IMG/VR virus record: IMGVR_UViG_3300013383_000021
Span: 27,767-91,766 of that record
Origin: a virus
Lineage: Duplodnaviria > Heunggongvirae > Uroviricota > Caudoviricetes
Length of the DNA: 64,000 nt
Direction: 5' to 3' (one strand)
The notes under the pieces are model-generated. The model was not told the DNA's origin and searched no databases. It saw only the letters and a list, made by a program, of their open reading frames with translations. The translations under genes and the position numbers were made by a program. Below, piece after piece: positions 57,143-64,000 of this stretch (position 1 is its first letter; every line of letters starts with the position of its first letter).

Positions 57143-59968
57143 TCAGCCTCCTCCCTGTATCATGCCATACACTTCCGACTCAGCATCCAATGGAGCACAT
57201 GGAACGCGGGTAGTGTAAATCTTGTCATCCCATTTATATCTGCGGTCGTACTCTTCATAGTTCGTGAAGAACCTCCGGCACGCCTCGTCGTAGTACAACC
57301 CAAGTTCAAAGCCAGCTCTCCCTCGCATACGATCCTTTGTTACGGACACAACACAGGAATACTGCGAGAACTTTGACGTTCCTTGCTCTTTCTCGTCCTG
57401 CCGTACTCTCCGTAGAGACAATGTACGGTGCGCGAGATTTGGGAGGTTCGACGTGCCGCCGATGTCATACAACGCGACCGCCCCCGGCGTTGTCCCGCTG
57501 GGAATCTTTCTCGGATGTGCAACCAGAATCACACACACATTGAATTTTGACGCGAACTGAATCAGCCAGTTGACCAGCTCGGTCTGCTTGTCATACTTGT
57601 TCTCGTCAGAAGAATGCAAGTCTATGGTCATTAGGTTGTCCAACAGGAACAACTTGCTGCCATACTTTCTGGCTGACGCTTCCATAGATTCTTGGATCGA
57701 CTCGATGTCGTTCGGCCACTCGTTCTTATACACGAACCACTGGCCTCTGTAACACTCATTGATTTTCTCTTTCGCTTCTCTCGAAGCAACCCAATAGATT
57801 GCGCCGTTCTTGCCGGTATGTTCTTCGACGTTTCTCGGCCCGGCAAGTAAGTAGTTCATCCACGCCTTACTCATGAAGTCCGGCAACTCTCTTGAAAAGA
57901 TCCAAGCACCTCTGTTTTGCTCAAGCGCATTACAGATAAGCTGGTACAAGAAGCTGGTCTTACCGGAACCCGGCGTGCCAGTCACGAGCGTTAACGTCCC
58001 GAAGAACAGCTTGAATAATTCTCTATCAAGACTTTCAATGCCAAAGTAAATCCCATCCAAGTCACTAATGTTAACATCCTCGACGTCGCTAAGATCCATT
58101 ACACTGTCAATCGGAGATTCTTTCGCGCTAAGGATTGCGTTCATCACTGCCTCTTTCCCCTGGTAATAAAGCAGCTCGTTCAAATCTTTAATATGCTTGC
58201 CAGTCGCTTCATCTACCGGAGGGATATCTACGACCTTTGTTCTCCAAGAACCAAGTCTAGGGCATACATCTTTCGCCATTTGATAGCCCGCCTTATCATT
58301 GTCAGAGCAGATGATAATCTCGGAAAACTGGTCTAGCCAATCCATATTCTCTTCAATCCAGTGGTGATTCTGAGAGCCTAAAGGAACGCTCACCGCATTC
58401 GTGTAGCCGGACTCAATAGCAGCCATCGCATCGCAATTACCCGTAACAAAAATCGTCCCGTACTGCCTTACTAAGATCATTCCGCTTGGCACTGTCACAC
58501 AATAAACGGTACCAACGTAGTGTTCTGTTTCATATGTAATGTCGTTTAGGTCTGCTTTTTTCTTACCTGTAATCGATACTCGATAGATCCCATCCAGCGT
58601 AGATAGCCGGTACCTAACAGAGCATTGCTGCCCGCTTGTGTGAGCAATCGTCTGTATTACATTAGCGTTGCTCAACTTACAGGCATAACCCGCAGTCCAC
58701 TTCTGAAACCGCCGAAGAATTATGAGCTTTTGTACCTCAGACGTGGTGCTAACCCACGAATAAGAGATTGGTTCTATATGAACGTGTGGCGGAATCCTGA
58801 ACAATATTCTGGAACCATAGTCAGAGAGTGGTATCTCGGTGTGATCAACAGACAATTTCTTGAGAAGCCGTCGCAGTCTGCGCCGTTTTCTTTTCTCTGT
58901 TGTCAAGAACCTGTACTCGCTATTGTTTTTGTCGTAACTGCAATTCTCCGATATGGCAATTGATAACTCAATCTCGTCTCTAGAGAGAGAAAACCCATTA
59001 CCTGAATGACTTGTTGTGATTGGAGCCGATTTATACCAGCCATCCGTCAGCTTTCCCGGCTTCGTCTTTTCCAAAAAACCGAGAGCGTTATAAGTTACAA
59101 CATTGTGGCCTCCAGTTACACACGACACATAGTTGTCTGTAGCAATAAAGGAGAGAAAACCTTCGTAGTGCTCGTTAATAATTGCGGTTGGTCTTACAAA
59201 TTTGCCGTGCAGCTTCGACCAAGTACCAGCAAAGAGGTCGTCCGCCCACACCGAATACACGTCCTGCCCGTGATACTCATCAAACCGAACCCACCCGTCA
59301 GGCGTTAGAATTTCTGCGTCGCCAGGAAAGCATTCGCCTTCAGTTATCAATAACGGCTGACTTATGTTTACCCTGTTCATATTGAAAAGGAGCGGACGAG
59401 TGTCCGCTCCTTTCTGACACCAGTTCTTAACCTCACCTTTTGACTTGTCGATTTTTCTAGCCGGTCGGTACTTCACCATCGTCAACACGTCGTTCGTATC
59501 GTAGTAGTTGAACACGGCGTTACCATGTTCGTCTTCCCGTACATCACAATGATCTAGTGTTTTCTCACTAATCTTTCTCGTAGCCATATACTGGTTTACG
59601 ATTGACCGGTCTCTTAACGGGGTCTGCTGGGGATACCGATAACCCCTGTGAGTCTTGATGCCTTTCTCGCCAAAGCTATAAGCCATCCCAGCTTCTTCAA
59701 AAGTTTTCTCCGCTGCTTCAAGATATGTATTACCAGACATCACATAGGCGTCAATGATATCAATGTTGCAGCCGCACCCAAAGCAGTGGAAGCTATAGGC
59801 TTTCGGGTTGTAAATAAAGCTCGGAGTGTCTTCCTGATGTACCGGGCACAATGATTTCAAGTTAGACGGATCAAACAATTTAAGGTTAAGCGTTTCAGCA
59901 ATCAAGAATGGAGTCCTATCTCCGATTTTCTCTTTCGCCTTCTGTAATTTCTCCTTTTCAATCAGCAC
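57143..59968 (-). CDS. primase-helicase (DnaG-type zinc finger plus TOPRIM, and DnaB-like helicase) containing an intein
   Basis: Zinc finger CPVHQ...HCFGCGC. TOPRIM LLITEGE[intein]CDAMAAIESG. Walker A GTPGSGKTS. Walker B LFLLDN. Confidence 0.8.
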   Translation of the reverse strand: MLIEKEKLQKAKEKIGDRTPFLIAETLNLKLFDPSNLKSLCPVHQEDTPSFIYNPKAYSFHCFGCGCNIDIIDAYVMSGNTYLEAAEKTFEEAGMAYSFGEKGIKTHRGYRYPQQTPLRDRSIVNQYMATRKISEKTLDHCDVREDEHGNAVFNYYDTNDVLTMVKYRPARKIDKSKGEVKNWCQKGADTRPLLFNMNRVNISQPLLITEGECFPGDAEILTPDGWVRFDEYHGQDVYSVWADDLFAGTWSKLHGKFVRPTAIINEHYEGFLSFIATDNYVSCVTGGHNVVTYNALGFLEKTKPGKLTDGWYKSAPITTSHSGNGFSLSRDEIELSIAISENCSYDKNNSEYRFLTTEKRKRRRLRRLLKKLSVDHTEIPLSDYGSRILFRIPPHVHIEPISYSWVSTTSEVQKLIILRRFQKWTAGYACKLSNANVIQTIAHTSGQQCSVRYRLSTLDGIYRVSITGKKKADLNDITYETEHYVGTVYCVTVPSGMILVRQYGTIFVTGNCDAMAAIESGYTNAVSVPLGSQNHHWIEENMDWLDQFSEIIICSDNDKAGYQMAKDVCPRLGSWRTKVVDIPPVDEATGKHIKDLNELLYYQGKEAVMNAILSAKESPIDSVMDLSDVEDVNISDLDGIYFGIESLDRELFKLFFGTLTLVTGTPGSGKTSFLYQLICNALEQNRGAWIFSRELPDFMSKAWMNYLLAGPRNVEEHTGKNGAIYWVASREAKEKINECYRGQWFVYKNEWPNDIESIQESMEASARKYGSKLFLLDNLMTIDLHSSDENKYDKQTELVNWLIQFASKFNVCVILVAHPRKIPSGTTPGAVALYDIGGTSNLPNLAHRTLSLRRVRQDEKEQGTSKFSQYSCVVSVTKDRMRGRAGFELGLYYDEACRRFFTNYEEYDRRYKWDDKIYTTRVPCAPLDAESEVYGMIQGGG
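58436..59332 (-). mobile_element. intein (approx. 299 aa) inserted in the primase TOPRIM E-G-x-x-D motif
   Basis: Block A CFPGDAEILTPDGW. Block B-like ...TGGHNVV. Blocks F/G VYCVTVPSGMILVRQYGTIFVTGN followed by +1 Cys. Removal restores ITEGECDAMAAIE. Confidence 0.7.
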
Positions 59969-59995
59969 TTAGTTCTCACCATCTATCACACTCCT

Positions 59996-60619
59996 TTACT
60001 CCATTGTTGTATCCGCACTCTCTACATTCATCCTCGCTCCGCAATTTGGGCAATATCTTGCGAATGTATACGGCTTGGGGCTTTCTAAAAACCTCTCTAA
60101 AGCTTTTTGCTTTTCTGCTTCTAAATCCCATTCATACGTATACTCTTCTCCGTCCGGCGCATATAGTCTGTGCGACCATACTACTGCATTATTTGGATGC
60201 CTTTCCCCGCACCCAGAACACACTGCCGTGATGGATACAGAAAGTTCTCTTTCCTCAGACATTGTATCCATATAAAAAGCTCTTGGCACCAACTTCCACT
60301 GCTGCCATCTATAGCAGAAACACGCAGGAAGAACATCCGCCGCCGGAGCATTTTCTATAGCACTAATCACATCTGCAGGATCAAAATTCCCTTCCGGATA
60401 TTTCATCGGCGGCCCATATACACCGCCTCCATCTTCCCACCATGTCGGCAGATCTTTTATGTATGCTAAAAGCGATTCTCTCTCAATATATTCAGGCACT
60501 CTTATATCTCCTATTGTTCTTGGCTCTAAACGGACAGCTCTCAGCGGTATCACAAATGTATGTGCATCTGAAGAACTCAGGGTCTGGTTCGAACTCTCTT
60601 TCATTTTTAATCTCTTCAA
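59996..60619 (-). CDS. hypothetical Cys-rich protein (start uncertain)
   Basis: CSGCGERHPNN...CPNCGARM. The listed start overlaps the upstream gene by approx. 128 nt, so a later start is possible. Confidence 0.35.
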   Translation of the reverse strand: MKRLKMKESSNQTLSSSDAHTFVIPLRAVRLEPRTIGDIRVPEYIERESLLAYIKDLPTWWEDGGGVYGPPMKYPEGNFDPADVISAIENAPAADVLPACFCYRWQQWKLVPRAFYMDTMSEERELSVSITAVCSGCGERHPNNAVVWSHRLYAPDGEEYTYEWDLEAEKQKALERFLESPKPYTFARYCPNCGARMNVESADTTME

Positions 60620-61415
60620 TCCGATCCAGCACCCACTGTTTTACTTGCTCAAGCCGCTCTTCATCAAACGCTTCCGTGATAAACCGCCCGTGTCGGTAAC
60701 AGTTAAAGTCCAATGTAGCAGGCCACTCTCCATACTCTTCTTTGATAGGGATTGAGTAAATATAAGGCTGTCTGTAATACCTATCTAGCTCCTTGTCATA
60801 TTCCGTCTGGAACTTCCTATTGCTTCTGAATCTCAATCCATGTGACTTGTGATCTGTTATATGGAAGCCGTTCTCTTCAGCCACTACGTCTATAAATCCG
60901 ACAAATTCGTACGGACCAATCTTAAAACGAATCTCTTTTTCAGTAGCGACGATATTCTCAATGGCGTACGGGAAGTCAATACCCTCCAAATATGAAAGAG
61001 CATTATTGAAGAAATTATCTTCAACCTTTTTGCTGGGCGCTTTCCCTACAACCTGCTCGTCATAGTGATCCAAGAAATACGGTACAAGTTCTTCCTTTGC
61101 CAAAGCTCGTGACAAGTATTGCTCCAAGATATGGTGCATAAACGTACCGTACGTGGAAAAGAAGTGCGGCTCCGGCTTGATCCTTACCGCCGTGTGTTCA
61201 ACAACCTTCTGGTAAGTCTCATCGTCGAACCTCTCCTTCATCCACTCCATGACCTTTCTATAGATCTGGTCGAGGTTTTTGTTGTATGCTATATATCGAA
61301 CGAACCAGCCATACTTGCAGTCATCAAACGAGGACAGTCTAGAATAACTCCATAGCATAGCTGAAATTGCTCTTTCATATTCCGGGTCAGAGACGATCTC
61401 AAAAGGGATCGTCAT
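60492..61415 (-). CDS. PD-(D/E)xK (RecB/Cas4-like) nuclease with C-terminal Cys cluster
   Basis: GFIDVVAEENGFHITDHKS (D...D.K). C-terminus CTYICDTAESCPF. Confidence 0.5.
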   Translation of the reverse strand: MTIPFEIVSDPEYERAISAMLWSYSRLSSFDDCKYGWFVRYIAYNKNLDQIYRKVMEWMKERFDDETYQKVVEHTAVRIKPEPHFFSTYGTFMHHILEQYLSRALAKEELVPYFLDHYDEQVVGKAPSKKVEDNFFNNALSYLEGIDFPYAIENIVATEKEIRFKIGPYEFVGFIDVVAEENGFHITDHKSHGLRFRSNRKFQTEYDKELDRYYRQPYIYSIPIKEEYGEWPATLDFNCYRHGRFITEAFDEERLEQVKQWVLDRIEEIKNEREFEPDPEFFRCTYICDTAESCPFRAKNNRRYKSA

Positions 61416-61758
61416 CTGTTACGGTAGGCTGACTTGCCGGAATCGCGCCACTTTCAGAGTTACCTCTGGAGTTATCAGCGGACTCAAAGGAGAACACAGC
61501 AAAATTGTAGTACCGCTTGTTCGTTTCCTTGTTGTAGCTGTTGGTTGCGTCCATGTCGCCGATACGAATTCTGTCTCTCGGTTTCAGTTCCTTCGCGTTA
61601 GCGTGCGCCGCGCCAACAAAGTTTACAAAGTCGCTAAACTTTGTCTCGTACTCGCCAGTGTTTTTATTCTTCTGGCTAACAGACAGGTTTACCTTCGTGT
61701 AGTTACCCTTGTCTTCGACAGACCAAATTGTTGCATATGCACCAGTATGAAAACCCAT
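61399..61758 (-). CDS. ssb: single-stranded DNA-binding protein
   Basis: OB-fold-sized ORF. Acidic tail ending DDDPF. Confidence 0.8.
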   Translation of the reverse strand: MGFHTGAYATIWSVEDKGNYTKVNLSVSQKNKNTGEYETKFSDFVNFVGAAHANAKELKPRDRIRIGDMDATNSYNKETNKRYYNFAVFSFESADNSRGNSESGAIPASQPTVTDDDPF

Positions 61759-61761
61759 GTA

Positions 61762-62472
61762 TTATTCCTCCGTATGTAGTTTATTTAAATCTCTCAGCAG
61801 AGCAGTCGCTCTTGCTTTCTTTGTAATCTGTTTGTAGTCTCCGGTGGGAACCAGCTTGCCCTTTTCATCACGCTTATCCACGTGCTTCGTGACCAGCTCT
61901 CTAATCTTTTCTCTCTTACTAGGATCTTTCGCCACAATATCATTGGCGACCGCGTCGATTTCTTCGATAATAGAAGCGAGTTCGTTCTTGGATTTCTCTT
62001 CTTTCTGCTTCGAGCGGATGAAGTCCGGGTCGTCGGTCGTAGTAGCACACTGGAAGTATTTCAGCAGGAAGTATCTGTTGCTATAGGTAAGAGCCGAGCC
62101 AAACGCTTGACTGCTATCTGCCTGATTGCCGGTCATTGTCCAAGGGACAACGATCTTTTCTTCCGGATTGTCGTTGTTGACCCAGGTATAAACCATGTCA
62201 GCAGAGACCAGAAATTCATTCACTTTTTCTGTCTTGCCGCCCTTCGTTTTCTCGTAGCTAAAAGGCCGCACATCAGCTGTACCGTGGACAATCCCAGGAA
62301 CCAGCGTCAGGCCGTACTCCGCGACAGCACTGTTAATTTTAGGCAACAGCTCTACGTCAGAAGTATAGCTATACCCATATCCCTTCTTATCTTTCTTGAC
62401 AACATCTACAGCTTTCTGTACTGCCGCAAGCTTCTGATAGATGTTCAACGTTGCATGATTTTCTTTTTCCAT
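61762..62472 (-). CDS. Erf-family single-strand annealing protein
   Basis: IYQKLAAVQKAV...KGYGYSYTSDVELLPKI and LTYSNRYFLLKYF align with P22 Erf FYARLAEIQEHL...GKYKYRSCEDILEGVKPLL and SSYARKYCLNGLF. Confidence 0.6.
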   Translation of the reverse strand: MEKENHATLNIYQKLAAVQKAVDVVKKDKKGYGYSYTSDVELLPKINSAVAEYGLTLVPGIVHGTADVRPFSYEKTKGGKTEKVNEFLVSADMVYTWVNNDNPEEKIVVPWTMTGNQADSSQAFGSALTYSNRYFLLKYFQCATTTDDPDFIRSKQKEEKSKNELASIIEEIDAVANDIVAKDPSKREKIRELVTKHVDKRDEKGKLVPTGDYKQITKKARATALLRDLNKLHTEE

Positions 62473-62586
62473 ATTTCACCTCATCTCATTTTTTCGCGCT
62501 AGCTGTGTTGTAAAATAACCTTATATTTTTTAACCGCTCAGCGTGATTATATTATATAGCTTTATTTTTCAAATGTCTACCCCTTT

Positions 62587-62613
62587 TCGCGAAACTCGTC
62601 TGACGAGTTTCGC
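62587..62613. promoter_or_regulatory. perfect 13-bp inverted repeat (operator-like palindrome)
   Basis: cgcgaaactcgtc-t-gacgagtttcgcg. No U-tract on either side. Confidence 0.4.
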
Positions 62614-62633
62614 GGAGGAGCAGCCAGTTAAAA

Positions 62634-63047
62634 TCACAGTCCTTGAATCCTTTTTGACTCTTTCCACACATCCAGCAGTTCCTCTTCGGAGAGAAGGGCG
62701 ATAGCCGAGGAAGACAGGACGTTCCCAATAGCTACGCTCTTAATGTCCTCCTCTTTCAGAGAGCCGAGATATTTCAGCAGCCTCGCCTTCGACATCCTCT
62801 GCGGGTTCTCGCACAGGACAAGGCTGTCCGCCAGCAGGTTGTATTTCTCTGCCGGGAGGAGCACGTGTGTGGGTTGAGTCAGATTCTTAATTCTGGTTGT
62901 GAGTGGCAGCGCTATGACGTTCGGGCTTCTATCATTCCCGACATCATTTTGGAAGATGACTCCTGGTCTAATTCCCTTCTGTTCACTGCCTACCCCGCTA
63001 AAACTCATTAGGTATATGTCGCCTAGTCGTGGATTATCGTATTCCAT
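62634..63047 (-). CDS. MazF/PemK (EndoA-like) endoribonuclease toxin
   Basis: GDIYLMSFSGVGSEQKGIRPGVIFQNDVGNDRSPNVIALPLTTRIK...THVLL resembles B. subtilis EndoA [36 protein letters not shown]...PTHV. RBS gaaggagg before ATG 63047. Confidence 0.7.
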   Translation of the reverse strand: MEYDNPRLGDIYLMSFSGVGSEQKGIRPGVIFQNDVGNDRSPNVIALPLTTRIKNLTQPTHVLLPAEKYNLLADSLVLCENPQRMSKARLLKYLGSLKEEDIKSVAIGNVLSSSAIALLSEEELLDVWKESKRIQGL

Positions 63048-63110
63048 AAAACCTCCTTCTACCCGACAGTTAGACTTCACTAACACACGGGTAGAAAAGG
63101 AGGCGTTCAA

Positions 63111-63287
63111 TTATTACTTTTCTTCCGTGTTCTTAGGCGAAGCGTCAGGCTTTTCCTTAAATCTATCTGTTACTTGTCTCCATGTGCAGGCAACCCACGC
63201 CTGCCAGTCAGGGCACTGACGGGTACATTTCCAGTCTCTATCGCACAATCTACAAGGACTAGTATCCAAAATATTCTCCGGCATTAT
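63111..63287 (-). CDS. small Cys-rich protein (59 aa, 6 Cys), translationally coupled upstream of the MazF-like gene
   Basis: MPENILDTSPCRLCDRDWKCTRQCPDWQAWVACTW... Start overlaps the upstream stop (TAATG). Ends 1 codon before the mazF-like region. Confidence 0.35.
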
Positions 63288-63556
63288 TCCACTACCTCCA
63301 GCCTTTTCAGTCCAAGAGTTTTAATAACAACGTACACTGCAGACGGCGTCACCTTGATCTTTCTTGCAATATCGCTGGCACTCATTCCATCCAGATACAA
63401 AGACGCTACCTCGTCGATATCAATCTTAATACGGCCATCTCTCACTTTATTCTTTCGCTTTCTATGTACCTGCTCATTCGGGCGATTCTGCGCTACCCAC
63501 TGGCCGTAACTCAATCCAGCTTCCTTGGCCGCAGCCGCCACTTCATTAACCGTCAT
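63284..63556 (-). CDS. small HTH DNA-binding protein (sigma-70 region-4-like)
   Basis: ASLYLDGMSASDIARKIKVTPSAVYVVIK. Confidence 0.5.
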   Translation of the reverse strand: MTVNEVAAAAKEAGLSYGQWVAQNRPNEQVHRKRKNKVRDGRIKIDIDEVASLYLDGMSASDIARKIKVTPSAVYVVIKTLGLKRLEVVE

Positions 63557-63587
63557 TCGATTACAGTTCGTAATAGTTATTTCCTCC

Positions 63588-64000
63588 TTATTTCGTTATG
63601 TAATTATTTAAAAATCCTTCTTCCGAAAGAATCGGGATCCCCATGCTAATAGCTTTCTTGACCTTCGAGCTTCCGCTCTGCGGGTCATTGCAAACCAAAC
63701 AAGTCGTGTCTTTCGTCACGCTTGACGACACGTTCCAGCCAGCATCCTTCACGACTTTCTCAAACTCTCTTCTTGACTTGAACGCCTCCAGCTTACCTGT
63801 CACGCAGACTGTCATCCCCGTGCTTTTCTTACTTTCTCTAATAGTGATAGCTAAATAGTAATTCAGCACCGCAATCTCTGCAGAATGTTTTTTGATATAG
63901 GCGTTGATTCCTTCACTGGTCTTCACACCAATTCCACTAAGACCGCTCCAATCCGTCTCAGCATTCGCCATATCACATAGCGCCTCGATAAACGAACGTC
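63588..64000 (-). CDS. ligA: NAD-dependent DNA ligase, C-terminal HhH/BRCT portion (gene continues beyond the window edge)
   Basis: BRCT TVCVTGKLEAF.SRREFEKVVKDAGWNVSSSVTKDTTCLVCND...GSSKVKKAISMGIPILSEEGFL. The frame is open through position 64000. Confidence 0.6.
   Translation of the reverse strand, partial: RSFIEALCDMANAETDWSGLSGIGVKTSEGINAYIKKHSAEIAVLNYYLAITIRESKKSTGMTVCVTGKLEAFKSRREFEKVVKDAGWNVSSSVTKDTTCLVCNDPQSGSSKVKKAISMGIPILSEEGFLNNYITK

Overview
The window reads as a contiguous part of a large temperate tailed phage (siphovirus-like) of an anaerobic Firmicutes host. It resembles the SPbeta-like giant temperate phages (inference only).

The + strand (1-37,019) carries an early/regulatory block: a lipoprotein, a calcineurin-like metallophosphoesterase, a second tyrosine recombinase and an HU-like protein. 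This is followed by a complete morphogenesis operon, comprising a putative small terminase (terS), large terminase (terL), portal, scaffold, major capsid, head-tail genes, major tail protein, a RuvC-like resolvase, a tail assembly chaperone with a possible frameshift, a 2476-aa tape measure protein, Dit and Tal. After this come two small holin-like membrane proteins, an array of paralogous fibre-like genes and a modular GH25 endolysin.

After a bidirectional terminator everything is on the - strand. First comes a moron-like cluster of unknown genes with an XRE-type regulator. Next is an attP core made of the 3' half of tRNA-Ala(GGC) with an adjacent tyrosine integrase. This is followed by a long replication and nucleotide-metabolism operon: thyX, SPFH, HD, glyA, N6-adenine MTase, dut, nrdG, nrdD, dNMP kinase, a DnaE-like polymerase, a primase-helicase, a Cas4-like nuclease, SSB, Erf, a MazF/EndoA-like toxin and a partial NAD-ligase at the right edge.

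The most striking feature is selfish-element load. The nrdD gene is split into four exons by three group I introns, two of which carry homing endonucleases (LAGLIDADG and HNH). The primase TOPRIM motif is interrupted by an intein. The window starts inside another group I intron core. The conserved glyA frame has no canonical start codon.

Coordinates of splice junctions, starts and regulatory sites are estimated by eye and are approximate (+/- a few nt).
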